Assembly: GCF_009914755.1 (NCBI RefSeq)
Contig: NC_060926.1
Source: the human T2T-CHM13v2.0 reference genome, Homo sapiens
DNA length: 64,000 bases
Reading direction: 5' to 3' (one strand)
Shown: piece after piece, positions 11,275 through 29,040 of the stretch
How the letters are laid out: each line of letters begins with the position of its first letter
How positions within the stretch are numbered: the first letter of the stretch is position 1
Notes under the pieces: model-generated
What the model was told of the DNA's origin: nothing
The model's input: the letters and a program-made list of their open reading frames with translations, nothing else
Database searches by the model: none
Position numbers and translations under genes: made by a program

Positions 11275-11490
11275 TATTTATATATATTATATGTGTGTGT
11301 GTTTGCATATATGTATTAAATACATACATAAAATCTATCTATATATATTTATCTATATATATCTATATATATTTATCTATAGATAGATATATATCGATAT
11401 ATATATAGATATATATCGATATATATATAGATATATATATCTATATATTATGTATTAAATATATACATTCAACCTATCTATATATATATT
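11275..11490. repeat. (TA)n/(TAGA)n AT-rich low-complexity repeat
   Basis: Seen directly. Confidence 0.9.
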
Positions 11491-11599
11491 TAAGTCACAG
11501 TGTCAATTGAAATGCAGGTCTATTTGACTAATAATGTTCTCTTAATCTCTGACTTGTCTGTTTTTTCAAACCAATCTCATTACACTATTTGATAAACAT

Positions 11600-11700
11600 A
11601 CGTCTCACCCTCTCTGAGGACAAAGTCATGCATCATTCATCTTTGTATCCCTGATCTAGTTTCCAGTGAGTAATCAATAGATATCTGTTGAATGATAATG
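11600..11700 (+). mobile_element. L2 3' end fragment
   Basis: ttcatctttgtatccc...caatagatatctgttgaatga resembles the L2 terminus. Confidence 0.55.
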
Positions 11701-12954
11701 TGTGTGTAAGTATATATGTGTGTGTGTGTGTGCAAATATATATATAGAGAGTAATTGTTTTGTTTTGCTTTTTTTTTTGCCTTTGTCATGTCACTTTATG
11801 TCCTTTTTGTCTTTTATCTAACAAAAACATAAAGCCAGCCAATTCATACATAGGACCCCTTCCAGTTCATCTTCTAGGATTAGCTTATAATTTAGAAGGC
11901 CAACACCTCTCGTTAATTTACATGTTCTGTTTTAAAAGACAATGAAACTAATAATATTGTACTTTTATTTTCTTTGTTGATTTTCTTCTCAGTTTTCTTT
12001 GCTATTTCTGTAATTCCTTCTTCATATATATGACTATGTAGAATCTATTATTATCAGAGTAAGACCCCTGGACCCAAAGGGAATTGCAGAGGTGAAGTTC
12101 AATAACTCAACAATAGCCTATGTAGAATAATAACGGAAGACAAACAGGATGGAATTTTTAAAATATTCTCAGCAGATGTGCCCCAGTCACCACACCTACT
12201 ACCTTGGCACTACTTAAGATTACCAGAATTCAGAAACGTAAGAAATGAAATAAATGAGAAGTGAGGGGTACACTAAGTTAATTATAACTGGATTTCTGCT
12301 ATCCTGGTAGAATAATAGCTGAATATAAAAATAAAATTGTGTTATATAGATGAATAAAGAAAGAAAGCTATATTCCTTGTATATCTGAGTTAGTGGAATG
12401 AGATTTATGCCAGTTATAAATAGTTGCTGGTGACTTTATTGTGTCTTCCCTTGACAACCAGAAAATCAATATTTATGGAGTCTGTTTAATGAGCATAGTA
12501 TTAGTATACTTTTCGTAACTGCAAAATGAAAAGCCGCACTTTCTTTAAACCTGGAAATCTATTCAGGAAGATAGTTTACATACTAAGGGACAAACTTAGA
12601 AGTGTGATTCTTCAGTCATAATTTTTCAGGGATATTGTGGAAAAGTGCTTCTTGGGTCCGAATTTACTTTTAATTAACAATGTTCTTTAGCACCATTGCT
12701 TTAAATGGCATTTCCCACTTATCACTTGTAAGTTCAGCACGACACAAAATAAGCAATTTGTATGTATTCTTAAATACTTTTAAGGTCATGTCCCTTGTGC
12801 TTTTCTGTTTAGAGAGCAACAGGTATAATTTAGCTTATTTATAAAAAACAGAGGTTTTTAATTTTCTAAAGTTTCAAACCATTTATGTTGGCAAGAAGTT
12901 AAAGTACCTTGATCAAGCCAGGCTAGAATAAAAACGTTGAGAATGTCCACATTT

Positions 12955-13244
<290 letters not shown>

Positions 13245-13974
13245 GAGTCCGTATTTATAACTGGTAACCAACCTGTGTTTGGAAATGGAAAATAATGTAT
13301 ATCTTAATAAGCCTGAAAAATAGTTGGAATGAAAAATGGCTATTGAATGAATAAAATAATTATATATTAATTAAAATGAGTTAATATTTAGGACACATTT
13401 GAGAACTGAAGGATTGTGGAGGTTTAATAAATGGACTTTTTTTTTTCAGAATAATTCTTAGGCAAAAATGCAAATATTTTTTCACTTGCAAGTGGTAACA
13501 TACATTGTCTTCTTCCAGCCTGATACTTGATTATATATCACAATAATTACTGGTGAGATCATAGAATGGAAGAAATTAGATGAAAAAGTGATATATAAAG
13601 AGCGTTTTTCATAGTGCTTGAACCTAGTAAGTATTACATGTTCTGACTATTGTTATTATCATTGCTGCTAATACTACTGACAATATACATCCTCACATAA
13701 AGCAAAAATGTAAAAATATCAAGAATTTAAAATTTAAAAAGTCAAAATCTACTTCAAGTCTTTATTTGAATATGACATGATTATCTATGTAGCAAACCCC
13801 CAAAATCTACAAAATCCTCATAGAACTCGTAGGTATTATACCAGTGTCACAGAATATAAGATCAATATATAAAAATTAATTGCTTTCCTATATACTGGGA
13901 ATAAATTTTTGGAATTGGAATTTTTAGAAATACTATTTACTATAGTACCAAGAATGAAAGTACTTGGAGATAAA

Positions 13975-13982
13975 TCTATCTG

Positions 13983-14020
<38 letters not shown>

Positions 14021-14050
14021 AATCAATCATCTATCTATATCTATCTATCT
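13975..14050. repeat. (TCTA)n tetranucleotide microsatellite
   Basis: Seen directly. Confidence 0.95.
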
Positions 14051-16685
14051 AATATCTAATATACTAAAAACAACAGAATGTTGATGGAAGATCAAAGATG
14101 ATTTAAAGAAATGAAGAAATACTTTGTTCTCATAGATGGGAAGACACAATATTGTTAAAATATTAATTCTTCTTAACTTGATCTATAGATTCAATGCAAT
14201 CTCACTCATAATTGCAGCAAGGCTTTTTTTGTATGTTAACAAACTGGATTTTATAAGTTATATAGAAATATAAAACATCTACAATAGTCAACACAATACC
14301 AAAGGAGAACAACAGCATTGGAAGAATCTCACCACCTTATTTCAAGACTTATTATAAAGCACAGTAATTCAGAAAATGTGGCATTAGTAAAATGTTAGAC
14401 ACATAGGTTAATGGAAGAGAATGAAAAGCCTAGAAATTAAACTCACACAAATGTAGTGAAATAAATTTTTACAAAGTCACAAGACAATTGAACAGAAAAG
14501 GTTAGACTTTTTAACAAATGGTTATGGAACAATTGGAAGCTTACATGCAAAAACAATGAACTCAGACCCAGAACTTATACCTGAATAAAAAATCAACTCA
14601 AAGATTGATTGTGGACTTGTATGTAAAATCCAAAGCTATAAAATCTCTAGAAAAAAATAGAAAAGAAATCAAATGTGTCCTCAGGTTTGTTGATACATTT
14701 ATAGATACAAGAACAAAAGCACAAAATCCATAAAAGAAAGAGAGAGAAAAAAAGACAAGTTGAAATTTATTGAAATGACAAATTTCTGTTCTGTGAAAGA
14801 CGCTATTAACAGAATTAAAACAAAGCACAGACTGGGAGAAAATATTTGCAGAAGACATATATGATAAATAAAACTTGTATCTAAAACATAGAAATCTTGG
14901 AACTCAATAATAGATATTTTAAAAAGTCACTTAAAGTAGACAAAATATCTGAACAAAAAGCTCACCAAAGAAGATATTTAGATTTAAACTAAGAATATGA
15001 AAATATGAACAGCATCATTTTTCATTAGAAAATTCAAATTAAAACAACCAATAGATACCTCTAAAAACCTATTAGAATGGCTAAAGTAAAAAAATAACAA
15101 CAACCAAAAAATCCCTGATACTTCAAATTGCTGGCAAAAATGAGAAGTAAGAGTAATTCTTACTCATTGCTAGTGAGTTACTCTCCCTCATTGCCAGTGA
15201 ATGTGCAAACTAGTACAGTCCTTTGGAAGAAACTTTTAGAGTTTCTCACAAAGTTAAATGTAATTTTACCTTAGAAACCAGCAACCATGCTCCTAGGAAT
15301 GCACTCAAATGATTTGAAACATTTGTTCACACAAAAACCTGCACACAAATGTTTATGGCAATATAATTTGTAATAGACAAAAACTGGAAACAAGATGCCA
15401 TTCAGTGGTTGAGCAGATAAACTGTGGTATACCTATACAATGGAATACAGTGAATACAGTGATGAAAAAAAGAATGTGCCATTAAGCGATGCAAATACAT
15501 GGATGAATTTTAAGTGCATATTGCTATGTGAAAGAATCCAGTCTGTAAAGTCTATATGATGTATAATTCCATTTACATGACTTTCTATAAATGCCAAAAC
15601 TGTAGAGAAAGTAAACAGATCAGTATATGCATTTGGCAATGAAGAAGGTTTAGCTAGGTGAAACACAGAGAATATTTTAGGATGGTAAAATTATTCCGTG
15701 TGATACTCAGATGATGTATACATGACACTAAGCATTTGTCAAAACTCACAGAATTTTACAGCAAAAAGATTGAAATCCAATATACCCAGATTAAGGACAA
15801 CAATGTAAGAGTTTGAGAAATCCAAAGATAAAGACCGTTGCAAATGTATGTGACTGTATTTTAAATGTATGAAGCAGTTTTACCATAGGGTGAGGAGAAA
15901 AGGTGTTGATAAAAATATCTTAGAAATGGAGTAAAATTTGTAATATTAAAGACAAAAGAACTGTGCATAAGTACTGCTGTAGTTATTAAAGGTGTTTTCT
16001 ACAAAAGCGTGTGTTAAAATTATAAAACCAATATACATTTGTACAAGAAGTGAAAAATGTATAATGGATAGCAGATGGCAGGAGCCTGTATTCTTGCTGT
16101 GGGAGCAGAAGATTACAGTAAGCAAGGGGAGAAGACTAGAATGATCTATATGGTAATTAATTAGGGTTGGTGACAATATAAACATGTTTAGCTTATAGAA
16201 ACATACTAATACACATAGAAATATATATTTATAGATAATGTGCATAAACACCCATTATTATATGTTATGTTATATATATTCTCACTCTATCAGCTAAGAG
16301 CCTAGAAGGAAAGACACCCCAGTAGCAATAAGCATGGCTAGTGTCCGGATCTTGGTTCCTAATATCATTCTGAAACAAAACAAGATCCAGAATACTTTGG
16401 AGAAATAGATGATTCTAGGGCTGAGGCCAGGAATAAACAAGATGAGCCTGGAGCATCTTGCAATACCAGAAAGTAAGAAAGTGTTCAAAGAAACCATGAT
16501 TGTGGAAATTTGCCAAAGGGATACAGAAGTCAATTTAAAGAGCTTCCAATGACCAAAGCTATATAAATTCAAGCAATGAATAGTACAAATCACTATCGGA
16601 TTATGACACAGTATAAAATAAATATTTATGAGTCCGTATTGATATCAATAAATGATTGAGTAAATAAGTAAATGAGGAAAAGTAG

Positions 16686-17109
<424 letters not shown>

Positions 17110-17330
17110 TATAGTGACTTCCTTCTAAAGGCTATGGAAATGAGGAGAAAGAGTAACTTTATCATGAATAAATCTGACAAACACTACCTCAACCAGGTGA
17201 TCAAGTTTAATATTAATCATAATGTCATGTCAATAGTATGAGCCTTTATTAGAATGTGGTGAAAACAGCACTCTGGTTTTCCTCTCCAAAACCCCAAACC
17301 CTATTTTAATCGTTTTAAAAAAATCAGACA

Positions 17331-17727
<397 letters not shown>

Positions 17728-18141
17728 TTACAGCCAAACAGAACCTAAGGAATCATGATGACTAAATGGGATGTAGTATCCTCAATACAATCCTGCAACA
17801 GAACAAGGATATTAAGTAAAAACTAAATAAATGTAAATGAAGATTTACCAATGAATCAATATTAGTTTGTTAATTGTGGCAAATGTACTATGCAACATGA
17901 CAACTCCCTTCACAACTTTTATAAAAATATAAAACTATTCTTTAAAAAGTTTATGTAAAAGCTACTGGAAGTTTTGAGTCATTTTATAAAAACAAATTAA
18001 CCAATTAATGCAAAAAAGATAAAAGTGAGAATGTAAGGAAAGAAAACGACATAAATGGATATATGTGGATCATATAATATGCACAAGGTGCTTTGCTAAG
18101 CATCTTGCACATATTATGGAATTTGCCAACTTTGTGTCTTA

Positions 18142-19917
<1,776 letters not shown>

Positions 19918-19939
19918 GTTTAAGCCCAGACTTGTTTGT

Positions 19940-22900
19940 TAAATTTTTTCATTTTATATATATATAAACATGAAACTTGCCATTTCAACCAGTTTTTAGA
20001 GAATAATTTAGATACATTAATTACATTCTCAATGCTGTATATCCATCCTCCACTACTTCCAAAGCATTTTTATCACTCCAAACACAAACTCTGTATTCAC
20101 TCTCCTATCCCTCCAGACCTTGGTAATTTCTAATCTTTTTGTCTCTGTCAGTTTGCCTATTCTAGATATTTATTATATAAGTGAAACCATACTATGTATA
20201 TTCTTTTTTTGTGTGGCTTATCTTACTTAGTGTAATGTTTTTAAGATTTATCCATGTTTTAGCATGTATACAAATTTCATTTCTTATTATGGTTGAATAG
20301 TATTTTACTGAATATATATTCCATTTTTAAAATTTTTTACCCATAATGTAAACTTGGTTTGCAATTTTATGTAAATTTAACTATCAGCTTTTTGATTTAT
20401 GCAAAAAACAGGCTTTTCGGATTTAGAAATTTAGGGATTATGTTAAATATATATATACAGATTGATACTTTAGTTTTGACATCTTAATGCTATTAAGTAT
20501 TCCTGCTTATTAATTAAGCAGGAATTAAGCTTATGAATTAATTGAATTCCTTCAATTAATATTAGGTCTTCTGAGATTTCTTTTAGCAATGTTTCATTGT
20601 TTGCTGTGCAACTATTTAACTTTGTGGTTAAATGTATTCCTAGATATTTTATTCTATTATATTATATGCTATTGTAAATGAAATTGCTTTTTAATTTTTT
20701 TTTTTCAGATTGTTCATTATGGGAGTTTGGAAATATAACTTATTTGTATGTGTTGGTTATGTAATATTCAACTTTGCTGAATTCATTCAATTGCTCTAGA
20801 AGCTTCTTTTGTGGATTCCTCAGGATTTTCTATAAATAGGATTTGCCACTGTGAATAGAGAACTTCATTTCAATTTAGATTTTTGTATTTTATTCTCTGC
20901 TCTAGGTAGAACATCCATTATAATGTTGAAGAGCAATGACAGAAGCAGATATTCTTGTCTTGTTTCTGATTTAGGGGTAGAGACTGCATTCTATGACCAA
21001 TGAATATGATGTTAGTAATGCATTTTTTAAAAAGTACATTAGTGTATTTTATCATATTTTGGAAGTTCCAATATATTGGTGGCTTTCTGAGTGTTGTCTA
21101 TATCAATTGAGATGACAATTTTTTTTCATTATTTCCATTAATACTGCATCACACTGATGACGTTCTGTGTTGAACCGTCGTTGTTCTCTGGGATAATAAA
21201 TTCCACCTGGTCATGATGTATAATTGTGTTAAAATATTGTTGGATTAAGTTTGATATCACTTTGGAGAGAGACATTTGTACTTTTATATTTATAGGGGAT
21301 ATTGATCTATAATATTCTTTATCATGATATCTTTGGTTTCTGACTCATCAAAGGATTAAGGAACTGTGGCCTACTCTGCTGTTGTTTAGAAAAGTTTGAG
21401 AAGTATTGCCATTTATTCTGCTTTGTTTTTTAAAATATAGTGTAGTAATAAAAAATTGAGGTAGAGTAAGATCAACAGATCAGAAGATATTTTCCATTAA
21501 AAAGATAATATGTTACAGTTCTGAAGAGGGATGCACAGACAGGTACCAAGGGTCTATCAGGAGGCAGAGCAAGGTCAGGAGCCATGGACGAGAAACTTTT
21601 TTGTGTTTTATATGAGAACGAATGGGCAAAGCAAAGTAAGCAGGTTTAGGACTTGCTAATTTGAATAATTTCAGTGGGATCTGGGACATAGGGACTGTTC
21701 CTAGTTGTCTGATACCTGGCCATGGGGTAATCAGGGCTGGTGGATAGTGGTCTGACATGTTTGGGCCTGAAAAATGAAGTGGTAGGTGTGGGTTCTGTAT
21801 TGGTTGGTTGGTATTTGAAAAGCATGCTTGCAGGTGAGTTGCTTACTATCTCAAGGAACCAGCTAACCTTGGGAGGGGCAATTCCTCCAGGATCAGTAAG
21901 GCCCCAGATGTTAAAGCATCACAGTACAGAAAACAAAATGTTTGGTAGAATTCACTCATGAAACCATCTGGTCCTGGGCTTTTCTTTTTTGGGAGGCTTT
22001 TTGGAAAACTTTTGATTACTGATTCAATCTCTTCACTGAGTCAAAAATAACTTTTTCTTGAGTCATTTGAGGCAATTTTTTGTGTTTCTAGAAATTTATC
22101 CATTTCATTTGGTTTTACAAATTTGTTGGTATACAGTTGTCCTTAAGTATTCTTGTGTAATTCTTTTTATATCTCTAAAGCCAGTACTAATGTTTACTAC
22201 TTTCATTTCTGATTAAATTACTTTCTCTCCTCTCTCTTTTTTTTTTTTTTTGGTCAATATAGCTAAAGGTTTATCAATTTCATTAATCTTTCTCAAAGAA
22301 CCAACTTTGGCTTTTGTTGATTTTTCTCTCTTGTTTTTCTATTCTGTATTTTATTTATTTCCTCTCTAATCATTATTATTTCTTCCTTTATGCTAGGTTT
22401 CATTTTAGTATGTTCTTCTTTTTCTAGTTTCTTAGAAGGTAAAGTGGGTTTATTGATTTTAAATCATTCCTTTTTCAATGTAGCTGTTTGCTGCTATAAA
22501 TTTCCTTGAGTACCACCTTCTTCATATCCCATATATTTTGATGTGTTCTATTTTTATTTCAATCACGCCTGAGTATTTTCTAAATTTCTCTCTGATTTCT
22601 CCCTTCATGCATTTGTTGTTTAAGGCTATGCTATTTATTTTACACATATTTGTCAATTATTTTTGTCTTTTACTGATTTCTATCTTAATTCCATTCTAGT
22701 CATCAAATATATCTTGGATGATTTTAATATTTTTAAATTGATTGAGACATGTTTTGAATCTTAATATATGGTTTATTTAGGAGAATAATCAATGTGGACT
22801 TCTGAAAGATATGTTGTCTGTTGTTGCATGAAGTGCTTTTCTTATGTCTGCTAGGTCTACTTTGTTTTTAGTATTTTTCAGTCCTCATTTTAAAATTTAT

Positions 22901-23860
22901 ATTGTGTCTAGATGTCTAACCATTACTTAAGGTAGTGTAGTAACGTCTCCAGTTATTACGGCATCACTGTCTAGTAATAACCTTAATCCTGTCAGTTTAC
23001 TTCCCAGATTATGCGCTCATTGTTTATAAACAATGTTTATAATTGTTATATCCTCTGGATGAATTGAACTTTATATCAATATATAAGGCCTTTCTTTGTC
23101 TCCTGCAACAGTTTCGACTTAAAGTCCAGTTTATTATTAGTTTAGCCACCTCAACTTTCTTTTGTTTAATATTTGTGTAGCATATCATTCTTCATCTTTT
23201 CTTTTGTATCTAAATGTGTCTTTGGATCTAAACTGAGTCTTCTGTAGACAACACACATATAGTTGGGCATCTATCACTCTCTGTCCCCTCTAGAAATTGG
23301 GTTCTTCTATGTAACAGGCATGGAGAAACAACAGTGTGCTGCTTGTTTGTTTTTTTGTTTGTTTCTTTGTTTTGCTTTTAATGTTGAATCTTATAGTAGC
23401 CCGTTTATTTAGTGACTTTCCTGAAATATTTTTGCAGAAAGTGTATGCCTTGTCATGTGTGATAGCTGAAGTCTCTGTCCCTTAGCTTGTGTTCAGCTAA
23501 TGTTTTGACAGAAATTTCCTTGAACATCAGGAATAAAAAACAAACATAAAACCTCTCCCAATTTTTGAACATTGACTCTGTGTTGGATCACTCCTAACAC
23601 TACTCAGCTTTTATTGAGTCTAGGAGAAAGCTTATCATCTTCTCAGATTTTTCTGAGGATGCATCTTTCTTTGGGTATGAATGGTATGAATGTGGTTTTC
23701 TAAATTCCCAAATACAGGGGTGTTTTTGAAAGTCTAAAATCTCCAATGAATCTCTCTCAATTTTTATTCAGTGGCCTTAGGTCGCTTGCTGTATGTATTC
23801 ACAATGTATTTTGCACCCGGAATCTCTGGGTAATTATTTTACCTTGCAGCACTTTTTAGC
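19940..23860 (-). mobile_element. Old L1M (L1MB/ME-like), antisense and fragmented
   Basis: Antisense 3' UTR (tttgcctattctagatattt, tttatccatgttttagcatgt), T-rich decayed ORF2, and 5'-type motif ctgaagtctctgt..ttcagctaatgtttt near 23470-23510. Confidence 0.75.
21424..21935 (-). mobile_element. Solo LTR (LTR47-like; family tentative) inserted in the old L1
   Basis: TG...CA bounded block, GC-richer than its flanks. The L1 sequence resumes across it (ttctgcttt | aaatgtttggtagaattcac). Confidence 0.6.
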
Positions 23861-23919
23861 TTCATTATAACTCACTTCACTTCATCGTAATTTGTTAGCT
23901 ATTTTCTTTCTCTCTTGTT

Positions 23920-23922
23920 TCT

Positions 23923-23954
<32 letters not shown>

Positions 23955-24292
23955 TTTTCTTTTCTTCTTGCTCCTCCTCCTCCTTCTTCTTCTTCTTTTT
24001 TTTTTTTTTTTTTTAGAGTCTCACTCTTTCACCCAGGCTGGAGGGCAGTGGCATGAATGTAGCTCTGTGCAGTCTCAGCCTCCGTGGGCTCAAGTGATCC
24101 TCCCATCTAAGCCTCCTGAGTAGCTGAGACAACAGATATGTGCCATGATGCCCATATAACTTATTTTTTTTTCCACAAAGACAGAGTCTCACTATGTCAT
24201 CCAGGCTGGTCTCAAACTCATAGCCTCAAGCTATTCTCCTGCCTTCGCCTCCGAAAATGCTGGGATTACAGGTGTGAGCCACTGCACCTAGC
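23920..24292 (-). mobile_element. AluJ with a (TTTC)n/(TTC)n tail
   Basis: Diverged Alu dimer (gctcaagtgatcctcccatc, ctcactatgtcatccagg). Confidence 0.9.
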
Positions 24293-24599
24293 CTCATTGG
24301 CTATTTTTTCATATACCCTCATCTTTCCAATATTATTTCTTTGTACTCTTCAGATTTCTTTGTACTGTGCTATAGCCATACATAATTTAATTCCATTCCA
24401 ATAACTCACCATACGTAAAACCTCTTGCCATAGTACATGTGTTTCTTCTGTAAAGGAATGACTTACTCTTACACGAGCTATCTCCTACTGAATTCCATCT
24501 CCCAGCATGGACATTTCTAATACTCAGCTGCAGAACTCAAAGTCCTCACATGCATCTAAAACTTGTTTACTAGCTTCACTCTCCTTTTACTGCTGCTGC

Positions 24600-25100
24600 A
24601 TATCCATGTTCATTGTTCCTGCATACTCAGACCTCTGAGACTGCTGCTATGGGAGTTTGGCTCTTCCTACTACTTCTGGACTCAGAGAAAGTGTCACAAC
24701 CCAGGGTATTGGCTTTAACTTTCTAGCTCTTTCTAAAGGGTCCAGGTGATACAAACTAGAAGTTCAAGCTGTTAAACTCCTCATGGTGGTAAAACCTGGC
24801 CATAGGAGATAAGACATAGAATGGATCTGGCAGATAAATTTCTTCTCTGACATCCCTCAGAGAAATTGTTACACATATGCTGAGGTTCAGTGCACTATCT
24901 CTGTGAAAGTGTCATAGACTGATGAAAAAACAGTGTTTTCCTGAGAAGTGTGCCTACCTCAGTAGCACATCATCTTGTATTCATTTCCCTCCTTCCCTAC
25001 CTAATTCACTTTACCTATTTTTTTTTCTGCTGTTGTTTAATCTGGGATTATCTCTTTTCCATTTAATTCCTAGAATATACATTTTGGCTCAGTCTCTATT
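24600..25100. mobile_element. ERVL LTR (LTR16-like)
   Basis: Motifs aagctgttaaactcctcatgg, cagataaattttcttctc and cttgtattcatttccctccttccc recall LTR16. Confidence 0.5.
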
Positions 25101-26419
25101 TTCATGGAAACTGAGGCACAGAGAGGTTAAGTAATTGGCAATGCTGTAATTTAGACCTAAGCTGTATGGTTCTACCATATGTGTGCCTAACCATTGGGAT
25201 AGGATGCTTCAGAGTTCCTTTAATAAGTTCCCCATCACCTTGTATATTTTGTCATGTCCCTATACATAAACTATATAGTAGTTACTCAATATTTTCCAGG
25301 AGCTCCACGAAAGCAGGCCACAAGTATGCCTTGTTAAGTCTTGCATTACCAGTCCTAGCACAATACCTGCCATACATAAGTACTAAGCAAATATTAAGAT
25401 AATTCATTAAATAGTATGGAAATTACAGAAATGTTATCATATTGTTTTGCTGTCAGGCCCATATGCTATGCCTGTACCAGATTGAATGATGATGAACCAC
25501 CTGCCCAGGCCTAACTTCATGCCTTTTAGAATATGTAATATTTAGTTTTTATTTAAAGGACTTGCTTACAGGGATATTATTCTTGTAAGTGAAAAATATA
25601 TAAGGAGAATTATGGACAAAAGAACATCTATCACTCAAGGTTAGATGCTGAAGAGAATTGTGACTGCATATATTTAATTACCATTGGGAAAAATCAAAGA
25701 AGAACTTTATTTTAATGAACTTCATAATGTATACCATGGCATACTTTCTGTACTTTGTGCTTATTTCATTTGTGACTGAAATGTCTGTGCCCACTCTCTC
25801 TGCCTAGTAAATGCCCAATCATTCTTTAAAGCCCTGATTAAAAGATGCTTTCTCCAGAAGGCTTTATACGTCCATTTGCCCCATGAAGAATCCGTTACTT
25901 CCACTTCTTTTCTTCCAGGACATTTTGTTCATTTCTCTATTTTATCAATTACAATATAGTTATAATTATATTTGTTGAGGTCTAATATTATTAGTCTCAT
26001 AGAGGCTGACGTTATTGTAGAATTAACAGTGAATGTTGAAAAAGAATAGCATTCACAATGCTTAATTCTTCTTTTACTTGAGCTAGTGTATTTTTAAGTC
26101 AACAATCTGTGAGTAGTCATACACGTGTCCAATCACTTTTCTTTTATTTCTGACTTCCCCAATTAACTCAGGTAGCTTGGCTCATATATAGATTCTAAAT
26201 GCCAGATTATAGCATAAGAAGTTTGAAAAATGTAGGTTTAGAAATTTGCATATTAAAGGATTAGCTAAACACTTTAACAAATTAGAGTTTTAAAAACTGA
26301 AGAAAAATGGCAAAGCTTGCTACCTGATAAAATGTACTTGTGTGTGTTGTGTCTGAAAAAAAAAATCTCTTCCTTTGCTTCAATACATATTTATTAACCC
26401 TGGGTCAAGTGGTTAAGGT

Positions 26420-29040
26420 TCCATCCAGTATTATGGCATAGGGAGGTAGGAACCCAGGAAGAACCAGGTAGTCTACCTGGGTTAAGGAAAGATAGCTGAA
26501 AATCTGGGAAAACTGAGGCAGCTAACATTTGCAAGATAGATGACCAGAAGAGAAGTTGCACAGAGTCCTAAAAATCTGCAGAGGGTCCTCCTCAGGTATT
26601 CAGCACAGTCCTGATAAAAGCACTTATGTAAAGAAACTACCCGTGTTTGAGAAAAGAAGCACCCAAAAGTGTTAGTGTAAACAGTACTTGGTCCTCATAC
26701 AAGGCTGGGAATTGTGCCTGTTCCAACAGAAAAAAATGGAAAGCCTCATACATGATGGGAAGTTGGGCAAAGTGTTCAGTGCCAGTCAGATAATTAACAC
26801 ATCCTAAAATCAAAACCTGGAAGGGTCAAACCATTACCTCATAACTGAACTGCATACTAGAGCAAATCTCTAGAATATTATCAAGAAACCAATATTCAGC
26901 TGTCTAAAATTTATGATATCTGGCATACATGCAAAATTATCAGGCATTGAAGAAGCTAGAAAATACGACCTCTGCTGAAGTGGAAAAAAAAGTCAATCAA
27001 AACTCTGACTGACTGATGTTAGAATTAGCATAAAAAAACACAAAATATTTACTGCATTAGTTCTGCATTTTGTGTGTTCAAAACATTAAGTAAAGATATA
27101 AAAAATATTAAAAAGACCAAAACACACTTACAGAGACAAAAACTTTAATGTCCAAGTTGAAAAATACGCTGTATGAGAATAAAGATTAAAAATTGCAGAA
27201 GGAATGATTAATAAGTTTGAAAACATGATAATAGAAACTAAACAAAATGAAACACAGCAGGAAAAGAAGAATTTTTAAAAATAATTAAGGCTTCATAACT
27301 GTAGGATAACTTTAAGCAGCTTAATATACATGAATGGAACAGCAAAAGGTGTTGAAAGAAAAAAAAAGGATTTGAACATATAATGAGTACTTTTCTTTCT
27401 AAAGTTAACCAAAACTATTAACCTGCATATCCAAAAATCTCAATGAACCCCAAGCATATAACACATGAAGGAAAATACACCAAAGTACACTGCAATCATA
27501 TTGCTCAAAACTAACAAAAAAGAGAAAATATTAAAAACTAAAGAAAAAAGGCACATTACATTCATAGGAAAAAGTGCAAATTTCTCATCACAGACAATGA
27601 AAGTAAGACAACAATGAATGAAGATTTTTAAAGTGCTAAAAGAAATGTAAACTGTCTGCCTAGAATTTTATATGTAGTCAAACCGCCAGCAGTGACATAG
27701 AATACTTAAGCAATACTATCGAGTGACTTGACCTAACTTAATTTTATAGAACACTCTACCCAAGAATAGCAAAATACACATTCATCTCAAGTGCACATAA
27801 AATATTTATTAAGATACAGGACATTTTAAAACAAAAAGCCCAACTCTCAATAATTTTATAAAAATTTAAGTCATACAAAGTATGTTCTCTAACCACAATG
27901 AAATTAAATTAGAAATACATAAAAAAGATTTCTGAAAAATCCCCAAGTATAGGAAACTAAATAACAGATTGTAAAATATATGTAAGACAAAAAAAAACTA
28001 AATGAAAATTCAAATGTATTTTGAATTGATTAAAACTGAATGTACAAAATATCAAAAATTGCTGGTCACTACGGAAGTAATTCATAGGTGAATTATACAT
28101 CACTAAATGTTTATATTAGGAAAAAAAAAACAGTCTTGAGTCATTGTCCTCAGCTTCTACCTTGAAAACTAGCATAAGAAGCCTAATTATTCCAAAAGAA
28201 AGCAGATGAAAACAAACAATAAAGATTACAGTGGAAATTATTGAAACAAAATATCAAAAACATATAGAGAAAATAAATGAAACAAAAAGCTAGGCCTTTG
28301 AGAAGATTAATAAAATTGATGAGCCTTGAAGCCAGCTAATCACAAAATAGGGAGATGACACAAATGATCAATAACAGGAATGAAAAGGTGACATTGCTAC
28401 AGATTCTAAAGAAAGGATATTAAAGAGATTATAGAGCAGTTTATTAACAACTCTATGCAAACAAATATAAAAAATAAAATAGATTCCTTTAAAGACAAAA
28501 CTACCAAACTCACTCAAGAAGAAATAGACAAACTGAGTAGTCCTGTATTTGTTAAAGACACAAAATATATATTTAAAATTGTTTCCACAAAGTAAACTAG
28601 TGAAGTGTGCCAACAATTAAGAAAGAAATAATATAGATTGTATAAAAACTGTTCCAAAAAGTTAGAGAGGAGAGAATGTTTCCATTTTCATTCTCTGAGA
28701 ATAGAATCATCCTGTTGTCAAAACCAGATAAAGAAAAATGGAGGCTAATATTCCTCCTGAACGTAGATGCAAAAATTATACAAAAAAAAAGAAACAATAG
28801 CATAGAATTAGCAAATCAAATCCAATCATATTATTAGGGATAAGATATAATGACCATGTGTGATTTATTTCAAGAATGTAAGATTTATTTAAAATTTCAA
28901 AATCAATGTATCGCAATATTAACACAAAAAAGATAAATAATATGATTACCCCAATAGATGCAGAAATAACATTTGACAAAACCCAACTTACTTTCCTGAT
29001 AAACACATTCAGCAAATAGGAATAGGAGGGAACTTTGTCA
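26420..29040 (+). mobile_element. Old L1M: 5' region, ORF1 and start of ORF2
   Basis: A-rich decayed ORF1 and EN sequence (tcaatgaaccccaagc, cctagaattttatatg, aaatacacattcatctcaagtgcaca, aatagatgcagaaa..catttgacaaa). Confidence 0.8.

Noticed and set aside
12718-12733. 15/16 match (cttatcacttgtaagt) to the reverse complement of the insertion's right end
   Set aside because: Too short and AT-rich to separate from chance as a second template.
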